Shown piece by piece: positions 1-13,470 of a stretch of 64,000 nt of DNA. The notes below the pieces were generated by a model, which made no database searches, was not told where the DNA came from, and saw only the letters and a program-made list of their open reading frames with translations. The translations under genes were made by a program, and so were the position numbers. Numbering within the stretch: the first letter of the stretch is position 1; every line of letters begins with the position of its first letter. Origin of the DNA: Bugula neritina (lineage: Eukaryota > Animalia > Bryozoa); contig OZ037765.1 of NCBI GenBank assembly GCA_964035545.1, positions 15,438,995 to 15,502,994 on the forward strand, in the 5' to 3' direction.

Positions 1-3000
1 GCACATTTGGGCACTTTTAGCTCATTTAGGCACTTTTTAGCACATTTAGGCACTTTTAGCACATTTGGGCACATTTAGGCACTTTTTAGCACATTCAGGC
101 ACTTTTCAGCACATTCAGGCACATTTAGGCACTTTTTAGCACATTTAGGCACTTTTAGTACATTTAGGCATATTAAGACTTTTTTAGGCACTTTTAGGCA
201 CTTTTTAGCACATTTAGGCACTTTTGGCCCATTTAGGCATTTTTTAGCACATTTAGGCACTTTTAGCACATTTAGGCACTATTAGGCTCTTTTAGGCACT
301 TTTTAGCACACTTAGGCACTATTAGCACATTTAGGCACATTTAGGCACTTTTAGGCACTTTCGAGCACATTTGGGCACTTTTAGCACATTTAGGCACTTT
401 TAGGCACTTTTTAGCACATTTGGGCACTTTTTAGCACATTTAGGCACTTTGTAGCACATTTAGGCACTTTTTAGCACATTTAGGCACTTTTAGCACATTT
501 GGGCACATTTAGGCACTGTTTAGCACTTTTAGGCACTTTCCAGCACATTTGGGCACTTTTAGCACATTTAGGCACTTTTAGGCACTTTTTAGCACATTTG
601 GGCACTTTTAGGCACTTTCCAGCACATTTGGGCACTTTTAGCACATTTAGGCACTTTTAGCACATTTAGGCACATTTAGGCACTTTTAGGCACTTTCCAG
701 CACATTTGGGCACTTTTAGCACATTTAGGCACATTTAGGCACTTTTTAGCACATTTAGGCACTTTTAGGCACTTTCCAGCACATTTGGGCACTTTTAGCA
801 CATTTAGGCACTTTTTAGCACATTTGACACTTTTTAGCCTATTTGGGCATTTGTTAGCACATTTAGGCACTTTTTAGCACACTTTGGCACTTTCAGCACA
901 CTTAGGCACATTTAGGCACTTTTTAGCACATTTAGGCACTTTTCGGCACTTTCCAGCACATTTGGGCACTTTTAGCACATTTAAGCAATTTTTAGCACAT
1001 TTTGGCACTTTTTAGCACATTTGGGCACTTTACAGCACATTTAGGCACTTTTAGCACATTTAGGCACATTTAGGCACTGCTTAGCACATTTAGGCACTTT
1101 TAGGCACTTTCCAGCACATTTGGGCACTTTTAGCACATTTAGGCACTTTTAGGCACTTTTTAGCACATTTGGGCACTTTTTAGCACATTTAGGCACCTTT
1201 TAGCACATTTAGGCACTTTTTAGCACTTTTAGGCACTTTCCAGCACATTTGGGCACTTTTAGCACATTTAGGCACTTTTTAGCACATTTGGGCACTTTTT
1301 AGCACATTTGGGCACTTTCCAGCACATTTGGGCACTTTTAGCACATTTCGGCACTTTTAGCACATTTAGGCACATTTAGGCACTTTTAGCCACTTTCCAG
1401 CACATTTGGGCTCTTTTAGCACATTTAGGCAATTTTTAGCACGTTTTGGCACTTTTTAGCACATTTGGGCACTTTTCAGCACATTTAGGCACTTTTAGCA
1501 CATTTAGGCACATTTAGGCACTGTTTAGCACATTTAGGCACTTTTAGGCACTTTCAAGCACATTTGTGCACTTTTAGCACATTTGGGCACATTTAGGCAC
1601 TGTTTAGCACTTTTAGGCACTTTTAGGCACTTTCCAGCACATTTGGGCACTTTTAGCACATTTAGGCACTTTTTAGCACATTTGGGCACTTTTCAGCACA
1701 TTTAGGCGCTTTTAGCACATTTAGGCACATTAGCACTTTTCAGCACATTTAGGCACTTTTAGGTCTTTTCCAGCACATTTGGGCACTTTTAGCACATTTA
1801 GGCACTTTTAGCACATTTAGGCACATTTAGGCACTTTTAGGCACTTTCCAGCACATTTGGGCACTTTTAGCTCATTTAGGCACTTTTTAGCACATTTAAG
1901 CACTTTTAGGCACTTTCCAGCACATTTGGGCACTTTTAGCACATTTAGGCACTTTTTAGCACATTTGGGCACTTTTAGCACATTTGGGCACTTTGTAGCA
2001 TATTTAGGCACTTTTTAGCACATTTAGGCACTTTTAGCACATTTGGGCACATTTAGGCACTGTTTAGCACTTTTAGGCACTTTCCAGCACATTTGGGCAC
2101 TTTTAGCACATTTAGGCACTTTTAGGCACTTTTTAGCACATTTGGGCATTTTTAGGCACTTTCCAGCACATTTGGGCACTTTTAGCACATTTAGGCACTT
2201 TTAGCACATTTAGGCACATTTAGGCACTTTTAGGCACTTTCCAGCACATTTGGGCACTTTTAGCACATTTAGGCACATTTAGGCACTTTTTAGCACATTT
2301 AGGCACTTTTAGGCACTTTCCAGCACATTTGGGCACTTTTAGCACATTTAGGCACTTTTAGGCACTTTTTAGCACATTTGGGCACTTTTTAGCACATTTA
2401 GGCACCTTTTAGCACATTTAGGCACTTTTTAGCACTTTTAGGCACTTTCCAGCACATTTGGGCACTTTTAGCACATTTAGGCACTTTTTAGCACATTTGG
2501 GCACTTTTTAGCACATTTGGGCACTTTTCAGCACATTTAGGCGCTTTTAGCACATTTAGGCACATTTAGGCACTTTTTAGCACATTTGGGCACTTTTTAG
2601 CACATTTGGGCACTTTTCAGCACATTTAGGCGCTTTTAGCACATTTAGGCACATTTAGGCACTTTTCAGCACATTTAGGCACTTTTAGGCACTTTCCAGC
2701 ACATTTGGGCACTTTTAGCACATTTGGGCACTTTTAGCACATTTGGGCACATTTAGGCACTGTTTAGCACTTTTAGGCACTTTCCAGCACATTTAAGCAC
2801 TTTTAGGCACCTTTTAGCACATTTGGGCACTTTTTAGCACATTTGGGCACTTTTCAGCACATTTAGGCGCTTTTAGCACATTTAGGCACATTTAGGCACT
2901 TTTCAGCACATTTAGGCACTTTTAGGCACTTTCCAGCACATTTGGGCACTTTTAGCACATTTCGGCACTTTTAGCACATTTAGGCACATTTAGGCACTTT

Positions 3001-6000
3001 TAGCCACTTTCCAGCACATTTGGGCTCTTTTAGCACATTTAGGCAATTTTTAGAACGTTTTGGCACTTTTTAGCACATTTGGGCACTTTTCAGCACATTT
3101 AGGCACTTTTAGCACATTTAGGCACATTTAGGCACTGTTTAGCACATTTAGGCACTTTTAGGCATTTTCCAGCACATTTGTGCACTTTTAGCACATTTGG
3201 GCACATTTAAGCACTGTTTAGCACTTTTAGGCACTTTTAGGCACTTTCCAGCACATTTGGGCGCTTTTAGCACATTTAGGCACATTTAGGCACTTTTAGC
3301 ACATTTAGGCACATTTAGGCACTTTTAGGCACTTTCCAGCACATTTGGGCACTTTTAGCTCATTTAGGCACTTTTTAGCACATTTAGGCACTTTTAGGCA
3401 CTTTTCAGCACGTTTGGGCACTTTTAGCACATTTAGGCACTTTTTAGCACATTTAGGCACTTTTTAGCCTACTTGGGCATTTTTTAGCACATTTAGGCAC
3501 TTTTTAGCACATTTCGGCACTTTCAGCACACTTAGGCACATTTAGGCATTTTTTAGCACATTTGGGCACTTTCCAGCACATTTGGGCACTTTTAGCACAT
3601 TTGGGCACATTTAGGCACTTTTTAGCACATTTAGGCACTTTTCAGCACATTCAGGCACATTTAGGCACTTTTTAGCACATTTAGGCACTTTTAGTACATT
3701 TAGGCACATTTAGGCACCTTTCAGCACATTTAGGCACTTTTCGGTCCTTTCCAGCACATTAGGGCACTTTTAGCACATTTAGGCACTTTTAGCACATTTA
3801 GGCACTTTTAGGCACTTTTAGGCACTTTCCAGCACATTTGGGCACTTTTAGCTCATTTAGGCACTTTTTAGCACATTTAGGCACTTTTAGCACATTTGGG
3901 CACATTTAGGCACTTTTTAGCACATTCAGGCACTTTTCAGCACATTCAGGCACATTTAGGCACTTTTTAGCACATTTAGGCACTTTTAGTACATTTAGGC
4001 ATATTAAGACTTTTTTAGGCACTTTTAGGCACTTTTTAGCACATTTAGGCACTTTTGGCCCATTTAGGCATTTTTTAGCACATTTAGGCACTTTTAGCAC
4101 ATTTAGGCACTATTAGGCTCTTTTAGGCACTTTTTAGCACACTTAGGCACTATTAGCACATTTAGGCACATTTAGGCACTTTTAGGCACTTTCGAGCACA
4201 TTTGGGCACTTTTAGCACATTTAGGCACTTTTAGGCACTTTTTAGAACATTTGGGCACTTTTTAGCACATTTAGGCACTTTGTAGCACATTTAGGCACTT
4301 TTTAGCACATTTAGGCACTTTTAGCACATTTGGGCACATTTAGGCACTGTTTAGCACTTTTAGGCACTTTCCAGCACATTTGGGCACTTTTAGCACATTT
4401 AGGCACTTTTAGGCACTTTTTAGCACATTTGGGCACTTTTAGGCACTTTCCAGCACATTTGGGCACTTTTAGCACATTTAGGCACTTTTAGCACATTTAG
4501 GCACATTTAGGCACTTTTAGGCACTTTCCAGCACATTTGGGCACTTTTAGCTCATTTAGGCACATTTAGGCACTTTTTAGCACATTTAGGCACTTTTAGG
4601 CACTTTCCAGCACATTTGGGCACTTTAGCACATTTAGGCACTTTTTAGCACATTTGACACTTTTTAGCCTATTTGGGCACTTTACAGCACATTTAGGCAC
4701 TTTTAGCACATTTAGGCACATTTAGGCACTGCTTAGCACATTTAGGCACTTTTAGGCACTTTCCAGCACATTTGGGCACTTTTAGCACATTTAGGCACTT
4801 TTAGGCACTTTTTAGCACATTTGGGCACTTTTTAGCACATTTAGGCACCTTTTAGCACATTTAGGCACTTTTTAGCACTTTTAGGCACTTTCCAGCACAT
4901 TTGGGCACTTTTAGCACATTTAGGCACTTTTTAGCACATTTGGGCACTTTTTAGCACATTTGGGCACTTTCCAGCACATTTGGGCACTTTTAGCACATTT
5001 CGGCACTTTTAGCACATTTAGGCACATTTAGGCACTTTTAGCCACTTTCCAGCACATTTGGGCTCTTTTAGCACATTTAGGCAATTTTTAGCACGTTTTG
5101 GCACTTTTTAGCACATTTGGGCACTTTTCAGCACATTTAGGCACTTTTAGCACATTTAGGCACATTTAGGCACTGTTTAGCACATTTAGGCACTTTTAGG
5201 CACTTTCCAGCACATTTGTGCACTTTTAGCACATTTGGGCACATTTAGGCACTGTTTAGCACTTTTAGGCACTTTTAGGCACTTTCCAGCACATTTGGGC
5301 ACTTTTAGCACATTTAGGCACTTTTTAGCACATTTGGGCACTTTTCAGCACATTTAGGCGCTTTTAGCACATTTAGGCACATTTAGGCAATTTTCAGCAC
5401 ATTTAGGCACTTTTAGGTCTTTTCCAGCACATTTGGGCACTTTTAGCACATTTAGGCACTTTTAGCACATTTAGGCACATTTAGGCACTTTTAGGCACTT
5501 TCCAGCACATTTGGGCACTTTTAGCTCATTTAGGCACTTTTTAGCACATTTAGGCACTTTTAGGCACTTTCCAGCACATTTGGGCACTTTTAGCACATTT
5601 AGGCACTTTTTAGCACATTTAGGCACTTTTTAGCCTACTTGGGCATTTTTTAGCACATTTAGGCACTTTTTAGCACATTTCGGCACTTTCAGCACACTTA
5701 GGCACATTTAGGCATTTTTTAGCACATTTGGGCACTTTCCAGCACATTTGGGCACTTTTAGCACATTTGGGCACATTTAGGCACTTTTTAGCACATTTAG
5801 GCACTTTTCAGCACATTCAGGCACATTTAGGCACTTTTTAGCACATTTAGGCACTTTTAGTACATTTAGGCATATTAAGACTTTTTTAGGCACTTTTAGG
5901 CACTTTTTAGCACATTTAGGCACTTTTGGCCCATTTAGGCATTTTTTAGCACATTTAGGCACTTTTAGCACATTCAGGCACTATTAGGCTCTTTTAGGCA

Positions 6001-9000
6001 CTTTTTAGCACACTTAGGCACTATTAGCACATTTAGGCACATTTAGGCACATTTAGGGACTTTCGAGCACATTTGGGCACTTTTAGCACATTTAGGCAGT
6101 TTTAGGCACTTTTTAGCACATTTGGGCACTTTTTAGCACATTTAGGCACTTTTTAGCACATTTAGGCACTTTTTAGCACATTTAGGCACTTTTCAGCACA
6201 TTTAGGCACTTTTAGCACATTTAGGCACATTTAGGCACTTTTAGGCACTTTCCAGCACATTTGGGCACTTTTAGCACATTTAGGCACTTTTAGGCACTTT
6301 TTAGCACATTTGGGCACTTTTTAGCACATTTAGGCACCTTTTAGCACATTTAGGCACTTTTTAGCACTTTTAGGCACTTTCCAGCACATTTGGGCACTTT
6401 AGCACATTTAGGCACTTTTTAGCACATTTGGGCACTTTTTAGCACATTTGGGCACTTTTCAGCACATTTAGGCGCTTTTAGCACATTTAGGCACATTTAG
6501 GCACTTTTTAGCACATTTGGGCACTTTTTAGCACATTTGGGCACTTTTCAGCACATTTAGGCGCTTTTAGCACATTTAGGCACATTTAGGCACTTTTCAG
6601 CACATTTAGGCACTTTTAGGCACTTTCCAGCACATTTGGGCACTTTTAGCACATTTGGGCACTTTTAGCACATTTGGGCACATTTAGGCACTGTTTAGCA
6701 CTTTTAGGCACTTTCCAGCACATTTAAGCACTTTTAGGCACCTTTTAGCACATTTGGGCACTTTTTAGCACATTTGGGCACTTTTCAGCACATTTAGGCG
6801 CTTTTAGCACATTTAGGCACATTTAGGCACTTTTCAGCACATTTAGGCACTTTTAGGCACTTTCCAGCACATTTGGGCACTTTTAGCACATTTCGGCACT
6901 TTTAGCACATTTAGGCACATTTAGGCACTTTTAGCCACTTTCCAGCACATTTGGGCTCTTTTAGCACATTTAGGCAATTTTTAGCACGTTTTGGCACTTT
7001 TTAGCACATTTGGGCACTTTTCAGCACATTTAGGCACTTTTAGCACATTTAGGCACGTTTAGGCACTGTTTAGCACATTTAGGCACTTTTAGGCACTTTC
7101 CAGCACATTTGTGCACTTTTAGCACATTTGGGCACATTTAAGCACTGTTTAGCACCATTAGGCACTTTTAGGCACTTTCCAGCACATTTGGGCGCTTTTA
7201 GCACATTTAGGCACATTTAGGCACTTTTAGCACATTTAGGCACATTTAGGCACTTTTAGGCACTTTCCAGCACATTTGGGCACTTTTAGCTCATTTAGGC
7301 ACTTTTTAGCACATTTAGGCACTTTTAGGCACTTTTCAGCACGTTTGGGCACTTTTAGCACATTTAGGCACTTTTTAGCACATTTAGGCACTTTTTAGCC
7401 TACTTGGGCATTTTTTAGCACATTTAGGCACTTTTTAGCACATTTCGGCACTTTCAGCACACTTAGGCATTTTTTAGCACATTTGGGCACTTTCCAGCAC
7501 ATTTGGGCACTTTTAGCACATTTGGGCACATTTAGGCACTTTTTAGCACATTTAGGCACTTTTCAGCACATTCAGGCACATTTAGGCACTTTTTAGCACA
7601 TTTAGGCACTTTTAGTACATTTAGGCACATTTAGGCACCTTTCAGCACATTTAGGCACTTTTCGGTCCTTTCCAGCACATTAGGGCACTTTTAGCACATT
7701 TAGGCACTTTTAGCACATTTAGGCACATTTAGGCACTTTTAGGCACTTTCCAGCACATTTGGGCACTTTTAGCTCATTTAGGCACTTTTTAGCACATTTA
7801 GGCACTTTTAGCACATTTGGGCACATTTAGGCACTTTTTAGCACATTCAGGCACTTTTCAGCACATTCAGGCACATTTAGGCACTTTTTAGCACATTTAG
7901 GCACTTTTAGTACATTTAGGCATATTAAGACTTTTTTAGGCACTTTTAGGCACTTTTTAGCACATTTAGGCACTTTTGGCCCATTTAGGCATTTTTTAGC
8001 ACATTTAGGCACTTTTAGCACATTTAGGCACTATTAGGCTCTTTTAGGCACTTTTTAGCACACTTAGGCACTATTAGCACATTTAGGCACATTTAGGCAC
8101 TTTTAGGCACTTTCGAGCACATTTGGGCACTTTTAGCACATTTAGGCACTTTTAGGCACTTTTTAGCACATTTGGGCACTTTTTAGCACATTTAGGCACT
8201 TTGTAGCACATTTAGGCACTTTTTAGCACATTTAGGCACTTTTAGCACATTTGGGCACATTTAGGCACTGTTTAGCACTTTTAGGCACTTTCCAGCACAT
8301 TTGGGCACTTTTAGCACATTTAGGCACTTTTAGGCACTTTTTAGCACATTTGGGCACTTTTAGGCACTTTCCAGCACATTTGGGCACTTTTAGCACATTT
8401 AGGCACTTTTAGCACATTTAGGCACATTTAGGCACTTTTAGGCACTTTCCAGCACATTTGGGCACTTTTAGCACATTTAGGCACATTTAGGCACTTTTTA
8501 GCACATTTAGGCACTTTTAGGCACTTTCCAGCACATTTGGGCACTTTTAGCACATTTAGGCACTTTTTAGCACATTTGACACTTTTTAGCCTATTTGGGC
8601 ATTTGTTAGCACATTTAGGCACTTTTTAGCACACTTTGGCACTTTCAGCACACTTAGGCACATTTAGGCACTTTTTAGCACATTTAGGCACTTTTCGGCA
8701 CTTTCCAGCACATTTGGGCACTTTTAGCACATTTAAGCAATTTTTAGCACATTTTGGCACTTTTTAGCACATTTGGGCACTTTACAGCACATTTAGGCAC
8801 TTTTAGCACATTTAGGCACATTTAGGCACTGCTTAGCACATTTAGGCACTTTTAGGCACTTTCCAGCACATTTGGGCACTTTTAGCACATTTAGGCACTT
8901 TTAGGCACTTTTTAGCACATTTGGGCACTTTTTAGCACATTTAGGCACCTTTTAGCACATTTAGGCACTTTTTAGCACTTTTAGGCACTTTCCAGCACAT

Positions 9001-10200
9001 TTGGGCACTTTTAGCACATTTAGGCACTTTTTAGCACATTTGGGCACTTTTTAGCACATTTGGGCACTTTCCAGCACATTTGGGCACTTTTAGCACATTT
9101 CGGCACTTTTAGCACATTTAGGCACATTTAGGCACTTTTAGCCACTTTCCAGCACATTTGGGCTCTTTTAGCACATTTAGGCAATTTTTAGCACGTTTTG
9201 GCACTTTTTAGCACATTTGGGCACTTTTCAGCACATTTAGGCACTTTTAGCACATTTAGGCACATTTAGGCACTGTTTAGCACATTTAGGCACTTTTAGG
9301 CACTTTCAAGCACATTTGTGCACTTTTAGCACATTTGGGCACATTTAGGCACTGTTTAGCACTTTTAGGCACTTTTAGGCACTTTCCAGCACATTTGGGC
9401 ACTTTTAGCACATTTAGGCACTTTTTAGCACATTTGGGCACTTTTCAGCACATTTAGGCGCTTTTAGCACATTTAGGCACATTTAGCACTTTTCAGCACA
9501 TTTAGGCACTTTTAGGTCTTTTCCAGCACATTTGGGCACTTTTAGCACATTTAGGCACTTTTAGCACATTTAGGCACATTTAGGCACTTTTAGGCACTTT
9601 CCAGCACATTTGGGCACTTTTAGCTCATTTAGGCACTTTTTAGCACATTTAAGCACTTTTAGGCACTTTCCAGCACATTTGGGCACTTTTAGCACATTTA
9701 GGCACTTTTTAGCACATTTAGGCACTTTTTAGCCTACTTGGGCATTTTTTAGCACATTTAGGCACTTTTTAGCACATTTCGGCACTTTCAGCACACTTAG
9801 GCACATTTAGGCATTTTTTTAGCACATTTGGGCACTTTCCAGCACATTTGGGCACTTTTAGCACATTTGGGCACATTTAGGCACTTTTTAGCACATTTAG
9901 GCACTTTTCAGCACATTCAGGCACATTTAGGCACTTTTTAGCACATTTAGGCACTTTTAGTACATTTAGGCATATTAAGACTTTTTAGGCACTTTTAGGC
10001 ACTTTTTAGCACATTTAGGCACTTTTGGCCCATTTAGGCATTTTTTAGCACATTTAGGCACTTTTAGCACATTTAGGCACTATTAGGCTCTTTTAGGCAC
10101 TTTTTAGCACACTTAGGCACTATTAGCACATTTAGGCACATTTAGGCACATTTAGGGACTTTCGAGCACATTTGGGCACTTTTAGCACATTTAGGCAGTT
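1..10200. repeat. Higher-order repeat domain of satellite A (~1.9-2.05-kb blocks)
   Basis: Rare marker TATTAAGAC at 171, 4002, 5873, 7923, 9973 (spacings 3831, 1871, 2050, 2050). Identical ORF-track peptides at offset 7752 (75/7827, 676/8428). Boundaries approximate. Confidence 0.85.
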
Positions 10201-10549
10201 TTAGGCACTTTTTAGCACATTTGGGCACTTTTTAGCACATTTAGGCACTTTTTAGCACATTTAGGCACTTTTTAGCACATTTAGGCACTTTTCAGCACAT
10301 TTAGGCACTTTTAGCACATTTAGGCACATTTAGGCACTTTTAGGCACTTTCCAGCACATTTGGGCACTTTTAGCACATTTAGGCACTTTTAGGCACTTTT
10401 TAGCACATTTGGGCACTTTTCAGCACATTTAGGCATTTTTAGCACATTTGGGCACATTTAGGCACTGTTTAGCACTTTTAGGCACTTTCCAGCACATTTG
10501 GGCACTTTTAGCACATTTAGGCACTTTTACGCACTTTTTAGCACATTTG

Positions 10550-13470
10550 GGCACTTTTAGGCACTTTCCAGCACATTTGGGCACTTTTAGCACATTTAGG
10601 CACTTTTAGCACATTTAGGCACATTTAGGCACTTTTAGGCACTTTCCAGCACATTTGGGCACTTTTAGCACATTTAGGCACATTTAGGCACTTTTTAGCA
10701 CATTTAGGCACTTTTAGGCACTTTCCAGCACATTTGGGCACTTTTAGCACATTTAGGCACTTTTTAGCACATTTGACACTTTTTAGCCTATTTAGGCATT
10801 TGTTAGCACATTTAGGCACTTTTTAGCACACTTTGGCACTTTCAGCACACTTAGGCAAATTTAGGCACTTTTTAGCACATTTGGGCACTTTCCAGCACAT
10901 TTGGGCACTTTTAGCACATTTGGGCACATTTAGGCACTTTTTAGCACATTTAGGCACTTTTCAGCACATTTAGGCGCTTTTGCACATTTAGGCACATTTA
11001 GGCACTGTTTAGCACATTTAGGCACTTTTCGGCACTTTCCAGCACATTTGGGCACTTTTAGCACATTTAAGCAATTTTTAGCACATTTTGGCACTTTTTA
11101 GCACATTTGGGCACTTTTCAGCACATTTAGGCACTTTTAGCACATTTAGGCACATTTAGGCACTGCTTAGCACATTTAGGCACTTTTAGGCACTTTCCAG
11201 CACATTTGGGCACTTTTAGCACATTTAGGCACTTTTAGGCACTTTTTAGCACATTTGGGCACTTTTTAGCACATTTAGGCACCTTTTAGCACATTTAGGC
11301 ACTTTTTAGCACATTTAGGCACTTTTCAGCACATTTAAGCACTTTTAGCACATTTAGGCACATTTAGGCACTTTTAGGCACTTTCCAGCACATTTGTGCA
11401 CTTTTAGCACATTTAGGCCATTTTAGGCACTTTTTAGCACATTTGGGCACTTTTCAGCACATTTAAGCACTTTTAGCACATTTGGGCACATTTAGGCACT
11501 GTTTAGCACTTTTAGGCACTTTTAGGCACTTTCCAGCACATTTGGGCACTTTTAGCACATTTAGGCACTTTTTAGCACATTTGGGCACTTTTTAGCACTT
11601 TTAGGTACTTTCCAGCACATTTGGGCACTTTTAGCACATTTAGGCACTTTTAGCACATTTAGGCACATTTAGGCACTTTCCAGCACATTTGGGCACTTTT
11701 AGCACATTTAGGCACTTTTAGGCACTTTTTAGCACATTTGGGCACTTTTCAGCACATTTAGGCACTTTTAGCACATTTGGGCACTTTTCAGCACATTTAG
11801 GCAGTTTTTAGCACATTTAGGCACTTTTCAGCACATTTAAGCACTTTTAGCACATTTAGGCACTTTTAGCACATTTAGGCATATTTAGGCACTTTTAGGC
11901 ACTTTCCAGGACATTTGGGCACTTTTAGCATATTTAGGCACATTTAGGCACTTTTTAGCACATTTAGGCAGTTTTAGGCACTTTCCAGCACATTTGAGCA
12001 CTTTTCGCACATTTAGGCACTTTTAGCACATTTAAGCACGTTTAGGCACTTTTAGGCACTTTCCAGCTTATTTGGGCTCTCTTAGCACATTTAAGCAATT
12101 TTAGGCATTTTTTAGCACATTTGGGCACTTTTAGGCACTTTCCAGCACATTTGGGCACTTTTAGCACATTTAGGCACTTTTAGCACATTTAGGCACATTT
12201 AGGCACTTTTAGGCACTTTCCAGCACATTTGGGCACTTTTAGCACATTTAGGCACATTTAGGCACTTTTTAGCACATTTAGGCACTTTTAGGCACTTTCC
12301 AGCACATTTGGGCACTTTTAGCACATTTAGGCACTTTTTAGCGCATTTGACACTTTTTAGCCTATTTAGGCATTTGTTAGCACATTTAGGCACTTTTTAG
12401 CACACTTTGGCACTTTCAGCACACTTAGGCAAATTTAGGCACTTTTTAGCACATTTGGGCACTTTCCAGCACATTTGGGCACTTTTAGCACATTTGGGCA
12501 CATTTAGGCACTTTTTAGCACATTTAGGCACTTTTCAGCACATTTAGGCGCTTTTAGCACATTTAGGCACATTTAGGCACTGTTTAGCACATTTAGGCAC
12601 TTTTCGGCACTTTCCAGCACATTTGGGCACTTTTAGCACATTTAAGCAATTTTTAGCACATTTTGGCACTTTTTAGCACATTTGGGCACTTTTCAGCACA
12701 TTTAGGCACTTTTAGCACATTTAGGCACATTTAGGCACTGCTTAACACATTTAGGCACTTTTAGGCACTTTCCAGCACATTTGGGCACTTTTAGCACATT
12801 TAGGCACTTTTAGGCACTTTTTAGCACATTTGGGCACTTTTTAGCACATTTAGGCACCTTTTAGCACATTTAGGCACTTTTTAGCACATTTAGGCACTTT
12901 TCAGCACATTTAAGCACTTTTAGCACATTTAGGCACATTTAGGCACTTTTAGGCACTTTCCAGCACATTTGGGCACTTTTAGCACATTTAGGCCATTTTA
13001 GGCACTTTTTAGCACATTTGGGCACTTTTCAGCACATTTAAGCACTTTTAGCACATTTGGGCACATTTAGGCACTGTTTAGCACTTTTAGGCACTTTTAG
13101 GCACTTTCCAGCACATTTGGGCACTTTTAGCACATTTAGGCACTTTTTAGCACATTTGGGCACTTTTTAGCACTTTTAGGTACTTTCCAGCACATTTGGG
13201 CACTTTTAGCACATTTAGGCACTTTTAGCACATTTAGGCACATTTAGGCACTTTCCAGCACATTTGGGCACTTTTAGCACATTTAGGCACTTTTAGGCAC
13301 TTTTTAGCACATTTGGGCACTTTTCAGCACATTTAGGCACTTATAGCACATTTGGGCACTTTTCAGCACATTTAGGCACTTTTTAGCACATTTAGGCACT
13401 TTTCAGCACATTTAAGCACTTTTAGCACATTTAGGCACTTTTAGCACATTTAGGCATATTTAGGCACTTT
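10550..13470. repeat. Satellite A block duplication, offset 1574 bp
   Basis: Identical ORF-track peptides at 10625 and 12199; rare variant GGCCATTTTA near 11417 and at 12991. Boundaries approximate. Confidence 0.8.

Noticed and set aside
75-12393. Lys/Cys-rich 64-aa ORFs (KVPKCAKKCL...) resembling metallothionein or protamine-like peptides
   Set aside because: Translations of satellite A. The 9/10-bp units are not codon-phased, and the ORFs recur only because the DNA blocks are duplicated.
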